64,000 nucleotides of DNA from assembly GCA_002753105.1 (NCBI GenBank), contig PDZT01000003.1, positions 1,059 through 65,058 on the forward strand. The letters are read 5' to 3'. Origin of the DNA: Deltaproteobacteria bacterium YD0425bin50 (lineage in GTDB: Bacteria > Desulfobacterota > Desulfobacteria > Desulfobacterales > YD0425bin50). Below, piece after piece: positions 29,398-39,926 of this stretch. How positions within the stretch are numbered: position 1 is the stretch's first letter; each line of letters starts with the position of its first letter. The notes under the pieces are model-generated. The model ran no database searches, was not told the origin of the DNA, and worked only from the letters and a program-made list of their open reading frames with translations. The position numbers were made by a program, and so were the translations under genes.

Positions 29398-31296
29398 ATG
29401 GAACAAGTACCTATCCTCAAAAAACAAGGTTTTTTATTGAATCCAAAACTACAAAAAATGCTCAATCTGATTAACATCATCACTATTCTTGTGATTGTGG
29501 TGGTAATACCTATTGTGATGATTACGGGAATTACAGATACGTTTGTTACGACACTTACCCAAACGGTAATTATTCCTCAGGCGAATCTCTTTATGAAAAA
29601 TAATCCTGAATTTTTAAGTGATATTGGGAAAAAAATCGATAAAGTATCGCTGATTACGATGGTGAATCGTCTGTTAAAAGATGAACCCGGCGTTATTAAT
29701 GGCTACATCCAACCGTTGGATACCGATTCTCTGGCCAATGCACTAAATATTGTTATCCGTGAAAATCCCAAATTAGCCAGCCAGTTGGTCAATGGCTTAG
29801 ATGCCCAAGCATTAGGAACACTCATCAATAATATTCTACAAAACAATCAGGTATTTACTCAGAATCTTATTTCAGCTTTAGATAAAAAAGCATTAGTTGA
29901 AGTGATTAATGCAATACTTGAAAAAAATGGCGATCTGATTATCGCAATTGTTTCAGGACTAAATCCACAGGTTGTTTCTGGTATTATCAATCAAATATTA
30001 AAAGAACATGCTGATGTCATCTCTGCATTAGTTGGTTCTATGGATGCTAAAGCCCTAGGCCAACTTGTAACGCGCCTATTAACCGAACACAGCGATTTTT
30101 TAAATCAATTACTCGCTGGACTTGATCCCAAAATAGTAGGTTCAGCCATAAACCGGATTACATCTGAACAACCTGAATTCATTATTGGTTTAATCAATGC
30201 ATTAGATGCAAAATCAATTGGAAATGTTCTGAACACCATATTAGACAAAAATAAACCATTTGTGCTTGCACTTGTAAAACATATAAACACAGGATTATTG
30301 GCTAATTTAATCAATGGTATTCTTGAAAATCAACCCACGCTACTTTCGGATTTGCTTGGTCAGTTAAATCCTCAACTGCTTGCCAAAACACTGAATCTGA
30401 TTCTTGAAAAAAACGCGAATTTTGTAAGCAGTCTTATTGGGTCTTTAAATGTAAATGCACTGGGAAATACGGTAAACCGAATTCTGAAAGACCATCCGAG
30501 TTTTGCAAATCAATTAATTTCTTCTTTAGATGCAGGTCTCTTGGCTCACACGTTGAATGGCATTTTAAAAGCCAATCCATTATTCATGCCTAATATCATT
30601 GGTGGATTAGAACCTGAACTGCTTGCCCAACTGATCAATACCATATTAGATCAGCATTCAGGGCGTGTCAGCATACTTATCGGTAAGCTTAATATGCCCT
30701 CTTTGGCAAAGCTATTGAATAGCGTATTACGTGAGAATCCAGACATGCTCGTATCGCTCATACGTAATCTTGATGCAGGTATTTTAGCCGCATCACTGAA
30801 TAGCGTATTAACCCAAACATCAGAGTTTGCAAGTAAACTGGTAGGTTCGCTTGATGCCAAAGCCATTGCACAGATTGCAAACAGATTATTAAAGGAACAT
30901 CCAGAATTCGTTTCTAATCTGGTCGGCGGTATGGAACCAGCCATATTAGGGAAATGTATAAATAGATTACTTAAAGACCAGCCTGTATTTTTAGGCGAAC
31001 TGATCGCCAATATTGATACAAAAATACTTGCCAATACAGTGAATAACCTTTTAACCAAAAATCCCAATCTTGTTAAACAACTTATACCAGAACTGAATCC
31101 TTCTGCTGTCAGCAAGCTGTTAAACAACGCTGAAAAAGAAGTGTTAGCCTTAGCCAAAGAATTAATGCAGGGACAAAATATGCTTGCCCGAATTGGATTT
31201 ATTCATAAAAGTAATTTAGGTACGGGACCGGGGATTCCAGCGGTAACAGCAACAACCACATTGGTTGAATTGATTACCACAGAAACGAAACGTTAA
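29398..31296 (+). CDS. Membrane-anchored protein with ~18 tandem 27-aa helical repeats
   Basis: N-terminal TM helix; consensus L(D/N)xxxLxxx(I/L)Nx(I/L)LxxxPxFxxxL(I/V)xx; AAGGAG RBS. Confidence 0.85.
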   Translation: MEQVPILKKQGFLLNPKLQKMLNLINIITILVIVVVIPIVMITGITDTFVTTLTQTVIIPQANLFMKNNPEFLSDIGKKIDKVSLITMVNRLLKDEPGVINGYIQPLDTDSLANALNIVIRENPKLASQLVNGLDAQALGTLINNILQNNQVFTQNLISALDKKALVEVINAILEKNGDLIIAIVSGLNPQVVSGIINQILKEHADVISALVGSMDAKALGQLVTRLLTEHSDFLNQLLAGLDPKIVGSAINRITSEQPEFIIGLINALDAKSIGNVLNTILDKNKPFVLALVKHINTGLLANLINGILENQPTLLSDLLGQLNPQLLAKTLNLILEKNANFVSSLIGSLNVNALGNTVNRILKDHPSFANQLISSLDAGLLAHTLNGILKANPLFMPNIIGGLEPELLAQLINTILDQHSGRVSILIGKLNMPSLAKLLNSVLRENPDMLVSLIRNLDAGILAASLNSVLTQTSEFASKLVGSLDAKAIAQIANRLLKEHPEFVSNLVGGMEPAILGKCINRLLKDQPVFLGELIANIDTKILANTVNNLLTKNPNLVKQLIPELNPSAVSKLLNNAEKEVLALAKELMQGQNMLARIGFIHKSNLGTGPGIPAVTATTTLVELITTETKR

Positions 31297-31453
31297 TTAT
31301 TTTTATGGCATTGTTCAACATTAGAACTACTGAAAAGTGTTGATTTCAGTTAATACCTTATAGTAGAAGTAAAAGCATCATAGCTACTCAAAATATCGGT
31401 TCCACAGATGAAGTTGTCCAATTTATTATTGTTGCACAAGGAGATATCAAGGA

Positions 31454-34400
31454 ATGAAATGTTTATTTAAACAAAAAATAGTAACCTATTCCATTCTTAT
31501 GGGTTTATTATTATGGAATCATCATCCTAATGCATTGGCGATAGATACATGGAATACATCAACGATTGGAGTTGATATTAAAACCGATGTTACGAGTATT
31601 GGGCCTTCCACTGGACGAACTTTAAATATAAGTATCTTTGGCTTGGATCGTCAAGGTAATATTGATGTATATGGGGAATCCGGTGGTTCTTCAATTATTG
31701 CATCTGTAACAACTTTATTAGGAAATTCTGTGTATGGAAACACATCTCCCAAACAAGCATCAGGTAATACATCGACGTTAGGAACATTCGCAACCACGGT
31801 TGGATATATTCGGCTTTCACATGGTATTGGTTTAACTCATATTACTTATCCCAACGATGTAAGCGGCAAAGACACGGTTAAAGTCGTATTGTTTGAAACC
31901 AGAACAGATGAAAGCGGAGTGAATGTCCAGACACGCCAAATTGAAATGAAATCCATCACTATTGATGTAGCTCAAGCAGACCCAGCAGTAAGCATTTTAA
32001 ATATTGAATCATTTACCAAAACATCATCGGATACATATGGTCAAAGTGAAACCTACCCTCAGAATCCAACAAATGAAGATGGGGACTCAGGATTACGTGA
32101 AGGATATGCAAAAGTTTCAGTAAACAGGGCCGGGGGGCTTTTTGTTGTAAAGGCATATCATATCAAACCTGACCGATCGTACCAGCTTGCAACCACAGCC
32201 ACTGGACTGGTAACTATGACGTTAACGGGTTACTCTGATGCATATGAATCAGATGGAGATAATGTAGCCAAGGAAAGCTATGTCTATACGATGACCGGAC
32301 AAATGAGAGATGGCCAAGCTTCTCTTTCTATACCCACGGGTATTACTAAAGCAGGCCGATACAGAGTTGCTGCAACCATGAGTACCATCAGTTCTATCAA
32401 TCATCGATTAACCAATAATAAAAATAATGTGGATTACCTTGATGTGCTTCCAGATATCTACTCAGCATCCATTAAATTGACCTGTAACATGAGCGTTGTA
32501 TCCAATACTCCAGCTAATAATCAAACCCCAGACGCTGATGATGATGGTATTGTGTTTGATCCAACATTTACAGCATCACTTTTAGATCAATATGGGAATT
32601 ATGTGAATAAAACCGCAAACATGGGGGTAGATGTAAAAATCAGTGATGCTCAATCTAAAATTGCTAATTTTACAATAACGATACCAGCAAATGCAAATAC
32701 CGCGAGTTTATTAGTGGATAGCAGCACATTTTCTATAGGAACTTCATTACTGACTGCAACTGTACCCTTAAATTCAAGAATCCAGCCATCTTCAGAACTC
32801 AAATTAAAAATCGTATCATCAGATAATCAGCTTGCAATGGCTTATAGTCCTTTGATTGAAGGTGATCGAGATTTGTACCCAAATGCTGTAACAGCCGGGT
32901 CTGCTTTTGATTTTGCTCAGACATTTATTGGAGTTGATACCAATTCAGATGGTGATGCTTCTGACGGAATTGAGAATACAAGATTAACAAACACAGATCA
33001 ACTGTTGATCACAAACCTGCGTAAAGAAGAAACCATATCCGTTTGGGTACTGGATGGAACTCCAGATCAAATCCGTGCAGCCTTTACAAAGGTATGCAGC
33101 AAAACTGATTTGCAAACCTATGGGGTTCTCATTCATCATAAATCAGAAAGTTATGCAGATTGTATTGTATATCCATCTACTTCGTCGAATCTTGAAATTA
33201 CTACAGGCTCGCCTTATAAAGCCTATATAAAAGACTACTCTGGTAATATTGTTACAGAAGCTATCCCAAAAGTCGGTACAACCGGTTCGTTTACATTGAT
33301 ACTCAACGCATCCCGTGTTTCTTTTGAAGATGCTTTTGGCAATATTTGCAATACAGGAAACATACGGATTGCAACGGATAAAGGAACCGCCACCGATCCA
33401 GTTGCGATTGGTTCTGCAACAAAATATATTACTGTCACCTATGGGGGGACTTCTGTAGGTGAAGACCAACTCAACATTACATTTACCCAACCGGGAATAC
33501 AATCTATCAATAATGGTGCAGGCTTAAAGGTGAAATTCCCAAAATCAAACAACACGCTTGCCACATTTGAAGTGTATCCAAAACCATCAACAAATATTAT
33601 CGTTCTGCCAATCAATGGCACTATACCCATTACGATTTTACCCAAAGATTCCGCTGGCAATAACGTTACATTAACGAACGGAATGTTTATTGATTATGAT
33701 GTAGCCGGCATGTCGCTATATGTATTAAATTCCACGACACCTATCGTATCTGGCGATCTGATTGGTATTAATATGGATCGACTGCCATTAAAAGTTGAGG
33801 CGAAAACAACGAGTGGGACGTATTCCATAAAATTACGCAGCTATGACAGCCTGAAAAGAAAAACCATCAATGTCAAAGTGCAGCCCTATAACGTACCACT
33901 TCAGGTATCTTCTCAAAACGTATCAATTGTATTGGGAGATACTGAAACCATTTCGATTTTTGGTGGCATCCCGCCCTATTCTTTATCAATACCAATAGAA
34001 TCCCAACAGTTTATTTCTGCAATTCTTGCTGAATCGACTGTTCAAATCAGACCCTTTAATCTATCAGATGCCCCAGTAGTCTTGACAATTATGGATAAGA
34101 ATAAAACTCAAGTGAATGTTTCCATTACCATTTCCAGACCTCCTCAAGAATATTTTGTGGGGCCGTCATTACTAAAGCTTGAAGAAGGACAAACTGGCAT
34201 TGTGAACGTGTTATACGGTAGTCCACCCTATACGATTAGCCTAGAAGGATCAGATTATATCCGCTTAAGCACATTTCATTTACCAGAAGATGGGCAAATC
34301 ACGGTTACAGGTTTACGAACAGGGAATGGAAGAATTACTGTTACTGATCAGGCGAATAAAGAATCTGTTGTAGATGTTACTGTCATTAATGCAAGTGTAG

Positions 34401-34891
34401 TGATTCAAACTCCAACTGCTCCTGTAATTCAGATGCCAACTACACCCGATCAAATTACCAAACTATCCCCTTTAAGCATTGGTTCTTTAATTACTAATCC
34501 AGCAATTCCGGGGCATCTAAAGATTAATGATACCATCGGTCTTTCTGTGAAATTTGGTAAATATAGTGAAGAAATGAAATTGTTTATATGTATTGGATTC
34601 CCTCCGGATCCAACCAGTACGGCAAATATTTTAATTCTGAATAGTAATCATGAATTTATACCCTTAGAATCTACTGGATTTATTCCATTTGCTACAGGTA
34701 TTGGACCATTTGTGGAAACCATTTTTAAACCTGCTCCAATTTGTACACCATTTGGACCTTCCATTCCAGAAGGCACATGGCTGATCGCATGGATTGTTAT
34801 TCCTTCAACTCAGGACATTCATACAGTAAATTGGGCAAAAGACGCGCTCTTTTTTGGTATGTATTCCTTTGATGTTTCGTGTACACCATAG
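31454..34891 (+). CDS. Large secreted beta-rich (Ig-like) surface protein
   Basis: Signal peptide; Ser/Thr-rich beta strands; D.YGN/DAFGN/DSAGN turns; two G..PPY(S/T) modules. Confidence 0.7.
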   Translation: MKCLFKQKIVTYSILMGLLLWNHHPNALAIDTWNTSTIGVDIKTDVTSIGPSTGRTLNISIFGLDRQGNIDVYGESGGSSIIASVTTLLGNSVYGNTSPKQASGNTSTLGTFATTVGYIRLSHGIGLTHITYPNDVSGKDTVKVVLFETRTDESGVNVQTRQIEMKSITIDVAQADPAVSILNIESFTKTSSDTYGQSETYPQNPTNEDGDSGLREGYAKVSVNRAGGLFVVKAYHIKPDRSYQLATTATGLVTMTLTGYSDAYESDGDNVAKESYVYTMTGQMRDGQASLSIPTGITKAGRYRVAATMSTISSINHRLTNNKNNVDYLDVLPDIYSASIKLTCNMSVVSNTPANNQTPDADDDGIVFDPTFTASLLDQYGNYVNKTANMGVDVKISDAQSKIANFTITIPANANTASLLVDSSTFSIGTSLLTATVPLNSRIQPSSELKLKIVSSDNQLAMAYSPLIEGDRDLYPNAVTAGSAFDFAQTFIGVDTNSDGDASDGIENTRLTNTDQLLITNLRKEETISVWVLDGTPDQIRAAFTKVCSKTDLQTYGVLIHHKSESYADCIVYPSTSSNLEITTGSPYKAYIKDYSGNIVTEAIPKVGTTGSFTLILNASRVSFEDAFGNICNTGNIRIATDKGTATDPVAIGSATKYITVTYGGTSVGEDQLNITFTQPGIQSINNGAGLKVKFPKSNNTLATFEVYPKPSTNIIVLPINGTIPITILPKDSAGNNVTLTNGMFIDYDVAGMSLYVLNSTTPIVSGDLIGINMDRLPLKVEAKTTSGTYSIKLRSYDSLKRKTINVKVQPYNVPLQVSSQNVSIVLGDTETISIFGGIPPYSLSIPIESQQFISAILAESTVQIRPFNLSDAPVVLTIMDKNKTQVNVSITISRPPQEYFVGPSLLKLEEGQTGIVNVLYGSPPYTISLEGSDYIRLSTFHLPEDGQITVTGLRTGNGRITVTDQANKESVVDVTVINASVVIQTPTAPVIQMPTTPDQITKLSPLSIGSLITNPAIPGHLKINDTIGLSVKFGKYSEEMKLFICIGFPPDPTSTANILILNSNHEFIPLESTGFIPFATGIGPFVETIFKPAPICTPFGPSIPEGTWLIAWIVIPSTQDIHTVNWAKDALFFGMYSFDVSCTP

Positions 34892-34912
34892 AGCGTAGTA
34901 TAAGGCAGAAAG

Positions 34913-35617
34913 ATGAAGTATTATCCGATTCAGTTAGATGTTCGTGAAAAGAAGTGTTTAATTATTGGTGGTGGAAGTGTTGGAACACGCAAGGCAGCTA
35001 CACTGATTAACTGTGGTGCAAAGGTTACGATTGTTAGTCCTGAAATCACCGATGTTATTGAATCCATGTCAACCGATGGAATGATACAATTACAAAAACG
35101 TGAATATCAGTCTTCTGATATTCATGGTATGTTTCTTGTCATTGGTGCAACAAACAACGAAATATTAAATCGACAAATTTCTAATGATGCACAGGAACAT
35201 AATATCCCATGTAATATTGTTGATCGTCCGGAATTGTGTTCATTTATTCTGCCCGCAATTGTTGAACAAGGTGATTTGACCATAACCATCTCAACATCAG
35301 GTCAAAGTCCAGCATTTGCCAAACATTTACGACGGGAATTAGAAAAACAGTTTGGACATGAATATGCGATTTTCCTTAAATGTATGGGCGAAATTCGTAA
35401 ATACGTGCTGAATTCCAATTTAGAACTGAATACGCATCAACACATATTTGAAACAGTGATTCAACGTGGATTATTGGATTTAATTCGTCAACATCAATAC
35501 ACAGAAATCAACACCTTATTGCATGATCTACATATTGAATTAGATTCTAAAACACTAATAGAACTAAACATAGGTGAGAATTATCAACCAACCCGCAAAC
35601 CTTCTAAAGCTTTCTAA
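34913..35617 (+). CDS. sirC: Precorrin-2 dehydrogenase / sirohydrochlorin ferrochelatase (CysG N-terminal-like)
   Basis: YYPIQL...LIIGGGSVGTRK; CNIVDRPELCSFILPA; ISTSGQSPAFAK. Confidence 0.88.
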   Translation: MKYYPIQLDVREKKCLIIGGGSVGTRKAATLINCGAKVTIVSPEITDVIESMSTDGMIQLQKREYQSSDIHGMFLVIGATNNEILNRQISNDAQEHNIPCNIVDRPELCSFILPAIVEQGDLTITISTSGQSPAFAKHLRRELEKQFGHEYAIFLKCMGEIRKYVLNSNLELNTHQHIFETVIQRGLLDLIRQHQYTEINTLLHDLHIELDSKTLIELNIGENYQPTRKPSKAF

Positions 35618-35623
35618 AATCCG

Positions 35624-38017
35624 ATGAAAATTCTTGACGTTATTCAAAAGTATCGCAAGCAAACTATTGCTTTTATTTTTAAACATACAGTCTATTTCGG
35701 AATCTTTAGCTTATGTATAGGCTATAGTATTTTTTTACTTATTCCGGATTGGCTTATTCAATTCAATATTATTTCGTACAGTTCAATCACTCTGATCATT
35801 GTTATCAGTTTTTTGTTTCCTTTGTGCAGTTTAGTTTACCATTACCCTGTTTTGGGTAATAGTTTTCTCAAAAAAACACTAACTTCGCCTTTTTCAATTG
35901 GTGATATTCGATCAGCCATTGAAATTGAGCTTGGAAAAGCATATCCTGTATCGTTTCAACAACAAAGTATCTCCTTTGAATTGTCTTCTGCATTTTCTGA
36001 TAAGGTCGCTAGGTCAATTTGTCTTGAACTCAACAAAAAACGTTCTTTTTTTACTAAAAAACTGCTTCTATGGGTATTCATAGGAATAGTTACATTATGT
36101 GGGATATTATCGTATTTTCGATCCCATTTTTTAATGGATATGTGGACTGCTTTAACCATGGGCATTCCTTTACAGTTTATTTCTATTGGTCCACCTTTAG
36201 AATTTGAAAAATTTGAAGCGCATATTTTACCACCAGCATACTTAAATCAAGACCAAATAACTCGTATTGACCTCAAACAAACACTTAAAATTGAAGTCTT
36301 ACAAGGATCCAAGCTTGTTCTCAAAGGAACGTTGTCAGACTGCCAATCAGGGCAACTGATGATTTTTACGCCTAAAGGTTTGGAATATTTTCCTGTTACA
36401 CTACCTGAAAAAAACCAATTTGAAGTATCGTTTATCGTTTCTATAGAAAGTGTGTTTGCATTATCTTTTAAACGAGCAATACTTGGAAAACATAATGAAA
36501 AAAGCCGTATATACAAAATTTCAGTATTGACCGATCAACCACCGAGCATCCAAATCCATGCTCCTGAAAAATACCATACGATAACCTATGGCCAGCCTTT
36601 CGAAATCATCATGAGCGCTAGTGATGATTACGGCATTCTTGAAATTACACTGTATCATCGGGCGGCTGGCACAACAACAGAATATCACCGACAACTGATC
36701 GCTCGTTTTCCACGAGAAGCTCCAAAAGATTACAACACCTCCTATTGGTGGAATCCAATATTTATTGAAGGAGAAACCTATAATCAGTTAGCGTATGATA
36801 TTGGAACTGAAAACATTGAATATTATATTGAAGTCCGCGATATTAACCTGTTTTCACCACAGTCCACTACCAAAAGTGATCTACACTATATTCGTTTTGA
36901 AAACGTTCTTGCAGGTTATATACAACTTAGACAAATTATTCTTGATTTGATCAAAGAAGGAAAGGCGATTGATCTTAAACGTCAACCCGGCGTAACCAAT
37001 TATCAAAACCAACTGGCAAAAGCCTTGACACTATTTACAACAACGTTTAAGGATGTACTGCCATCGAGTCGGCTTATTGAAGAAACGCAAAAAATGCTTC
37101 ATCTATTATCGCTTGGAATGAATCTCAATATTCAAGACATGCTGAATGAGTATATTCACTTTCTTGAACGGTATTTGCTTTTGCTCGAAATGGTCAAACA
37201 AGTCGAAGGAATGGATTTTGCCTCAAAGGAAATGGCAAAAATTTCATCCGAACTGAATAAAGGTGATATCCGTCAGGCATTTAAAAAAATGCTATCTTTA
37301 ACCGAGTGGTTTGAACAGGAGTTTACGAATGAACTTAAAGAAATCCAAGACCTTTTGGAAAAAGGGGATATGGAGTTAGCCAAAAAAAAATTAGAAGAAC
37401 TGCTTGACAAAATGAGAGAGAGTTTATCGGAGCGTTTTAAAGCAGCGCAATCCATGTTTCGTCAACTGATGGAAAAACTCTTAAAACAACTTCAGGGTCT
37501 TACTGAAAAAGCGATGGCATGTCACAAACAACAAAGCGCAAACCTACCGGTTACTGAATCTGAAGAATGGGATACTGCGAAAACCTCTCAGAAGTCTATA
37601 AATAACAATATATATGATCTCAAAACAGAAACGGATGAACTTAAAGAACAATATCCTGTTGTATTTGACATGACATCTGAGAATGCACGTTCAGCACATC
37701 TCTTTGGAATGGAAGCGTTGGCTAATTTACAACAAAAATTGCTTTCACAATCGCTCAAATCAGAAAATAATGTGCTTACTTATTTAGAAAAATTTATGAA
37801 TCAATTGTCTCAGCAAACGCAAAAGATTAAGCAATATTCAAAGGGAAATTTTCAAGACCTGATGTCAAGCATGTCTCAAACAAGTTTTGTCTATATACCT
37901 AAAGATGCCTTGTATCCCGTACCTGTTGAATATAAAGATAAAATTATTGAACTTAGCAAAAAACGAAACAAAATTGATCAAAATACTCTTTTATTCTGGA
38001 GAGATGTTTTACAATAA
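35624..38017 (+). CDS. Membrane protein with Ig-like and coiled-coil regions (DUF4175-like)
   Basis: Three TM segments; DQPPSIQI...ASDDYGI motif; coiled-coil C-terminus; directly upstream of MoxR. Confidence 0.65.
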   Translation: MKILDVIQKYRKQTIAFIFKHTVYFGIFSLCIGYSIFLLIPDWLIQFNIISYSSITLIIVISFLFPLCSLVYHYPVLGNSFLKKTLTSPFSIGDIRSAIEIELGKAYPVSFQQQSISFELSSAFSDKVARSICLELNKKRSFFTKKLLLWVFIGIVTLCGILSYFRSHFLMDMWTALTMGIPLQFISIGPPLEFEKFEAHILPPAYLNQDQITRIDLKQTLKIEVLQGSKLVLKGTLSDCQSGQLMIFTPKGLEYFPVTLPEKNQFEVSFIVSIESVFALSFKRAILGKHNEKSRIYKISVLTDQPPSIQIHAPEKYHTITYGQPFEIIMSASDDYGILEITLYHRAAGTTTEYHRQLIARFPREAPKDYNTSYWWNPIFIEGETYNQLAYDIGTENIEYYIEVRDINLFSPQSTTKSDLHYIRFENVLAGYIQLRQIILDLIKEGKAIDLKRQPGVTNYQNQLAKALTLFTTTFKDVLPSSRLIEETQKMLHLLSLGMNLNIQDMLNEYIHFLERYLLLLEMVKQVEGMDFASKEMAKISSELNKGDIRQAFKKMLSLTEWFEQEFTNELKEIQDLLEKGDMELAKKKLEELLDKMRESLSERFKAAQSMFRQLMEKLLKQLQGLTEKAMACHKQQSANLPVTESEEWDTAKTSQKSINNNIYDLKTETDELKEQYPVVFDMTSENARSAHLFGMEALANLQQKLLSQSLKSENNVLTYLEKFMNQLSQQTQKIKQYSKGNFQDLMSSMSQTSFVYIPKDALYPVPVEYKDKIIELSKKRNKIDQNTLLFWRDVLQ

Positions 38018-38036
38018 AAAAATAGGTGGAAATTAT

Positions 38037-39008
38037 ATGCAAAGCATGGTTGAACAGTTAAAACACGATTTTCGAAATGCATTTGATCAAGTCAGCCAAG
38101 TCATTATTGGTCAGGAAAACATGTTAAAATTGATCTATACAGCTATTTTAGCATGTGGTCACACGCTGCTTACAGGCGCGCCCGGCCTTGCAAAAACATT
38201 ATCTGTCAAAGCTGTATCCAAGGTCTTAGGCGTTGATTCTTCTCGAATTCAGTTTACGCCGGATTTAATGCCGGGTGATATTATTGGTGTAGAAATTCTG
38301 GATTTTGATCCAGAAACCAAACAAAAACAATTTCGATACATTCAGGGGCCTGTATTTACAAATATATTGCTTGCCGATGAAATCAATCGGGCAACTCCGC
38401 GTACTCAAAGCGCTCTTCTTGAAGCAATGCAGGAAAAATCGGTTACGTTAGGTGGAAAGCGATATATTCTGGATGCGCCTTTTATTGTTTTTGCAACACG
38501 TAATCCGATAGATTATGAAGGGGTATATCCCTTACCTGAAGCCCAGTTAGACCGGTTTATGATGGAAATTAATGTTGATTATCCTAGTATGGAACAGGAA
38601 ATATTAATTGCAACTCAGGATTTCAGTCAATCTATTGATACCATCAAACCTGTCTTAGGCAAAGACCAATTGAGAACCTATCAGGCACTTGTGGATCAAG
38701 TCCCTATACCTGAATCTGTATTAAAAAAAGCAATCGCATGGATACGCAAAACCAGACCCCAAGACCCGAGCTCCCCAGAGTCTGTTCGGGATTTTCTCCA
38801 ATGGGGAGCAGGCCCGAGAGCTGGATACCATCTGATGCATACGGCTCGCGCCCATGCGTTACTTTATGGACATGGTGTTGTTACTGAAAATGATATCCGA
38901 TCTGTTTTTCCTAATGTGTTGCGTCATCGAATTATTCCTTCTGCCATTTTTAACCGTTCTTTTAGAGACATTGATGAATTCATTTCCACCATCATCGCTG
39001 ATGCATAA
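38037..39008 (+). CDS. MoxR-family AAA+ ATPase
   Basis: GAPGLAKT, RIQFTPDLMPGDIIG, LADEINRATPRTQSALLEAMQE, LPEAQLDRF. Confidence 0.95.
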   Translation: MQSMVEQLKHDFRNAFDQVSQVIIGQENMLKLIYTAILACGHTLLTGAPGLAKTLSVKAVSKVLGVDSSRIQFTPDLMPGDIIGVEILDFDPETKQKQFRYIQGPVFTNILLADEINRATPRTQSALLEAMQEKSVTLGGKRYILDAPFIVFATRNPIDYEGVYPLPEAQLDRFMMEINVDYPSMEQEILIATQDFSQSIDTIKPVLGKDQLRTYQALVDQVPIPESVLKKAIAWIRKTRPQDPSSPESVRDFLQWGAGPRAGYHLMHTARAHALLYGHGVVTENDIRSVFPNVLRHRIIPSAIFNRSFRDIDEFISTIIADA

Positions 39009-39828
39009 TATTTCACGGTATCGTATTGATTCCCGAATTGGTAAGTTTTTAATGAACTTGCAAGGATCAAGCATTCGTTTTGGTGAACATGTTTCTCATA
39101 CTCCGGGATACAGTCCTGAATTTTTGGATTATCGAAATTACCGACATGGCGACCCATTAAAAGATATTGACTGGAAATTATCCGCTAGAACTGAAAAAGT
39201 ATTTATAAAAATTCGGGAAAGCCATCGAAAAACAAACATGGTTATTGCTGTAGATGGTTCTGAATCGATGCGGGTAAACTATTCTGCATCAAATTCATCA
39301 AAATGGATCAGCGCGCTGACATGCGCCTATATTTGTGCCAAAATTGGGCTTAAAAGCAGAGATCAAATTTATTTAAAATCAAATACTGACAATATGATAT
39401 TATCTTCTGAACAAAACTTAATGAGAGCCTTACTTCAATTGGAATCCTCAACTTTTATAGACCATTTTTGGGACAACCCTATTGAACACGGTGAACATTT
39501 ATTTATGTTTAGCGATTTTTTTGTAGATATAGAACGTCTGTTGGCATTTTTAAAGTCCACATCTCATAAAATGAAAAAAATTGTTGCATTTATTGTTCAG
39601 GATGCTTATGAAAAAGAGTTATCTTTTACAGGAAGATATCAGCTTTTAGACCCAGAATCTGATAAAAAAATCCTTTGTCGCATGAATGAAATCAAACCGA
39701 AATATCACCGTATGTATCAACATCATTTTGCACAGGTCATGCATATCTTTAAATCGTTTGGTATTCAAAGCATCTTTATTTTAACGGATACAGACCCGCT
39801 TACACAATTTTTAAAAATTCAGACATGA
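39001..39828 (+). CDS. DUF58 / vWA-like MoxR partner
   Basis: EFLDYRNYRHGDPLKDIDWK; VDGSESM; FSDF. Confidence 0.88.
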   Translation: MHNISRYRIDSRIGKFLMNLQGSSIRFGEHVSHTPGYSPEFLDYRNYRHGDPLKDIDWKLSARTEKVFIKIRESHRKTNMVIAVDGSESMRVNYSASNSSKWISALTCAYICAKIGLKSRDQIYLKSNTDNMILSSEQNLMRALLQLESSTFIDHFWDNPIEHGEHLFMFSDFFVDIERLLAFLKSTSHKMKKIVAFIVQDAYEKELSFTGRYQLLDPESDKKILCRMNEIKPKYHRMYQHHFAQVMHIFKSFGIQSIFILTDTDPLTQFLKIQT

Positions 39829-39856
39829 TCGTTTTATTGCTAAACAACAACGTATC

Positions 39857-39896
39857 AAAAAAAAGGCAGGATTAACCACATATCCCGCCTTTTTTT
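39857..39896. terminator. Bidirectional intrinsic terminator
   Basis: A-run GGCAGGAT...ATCCCGCC T-run between convergent genes. Confidence 0.75.
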
Positions 39897-39926
39897 AAAG
39901 ATATTTTTTAGCTAATAGTTACGTGA

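Noticed and set aside
30651-31157. 168-aa antisense ORF
   Set aside because: Shadow of the repeat protein; no recognisable motifs
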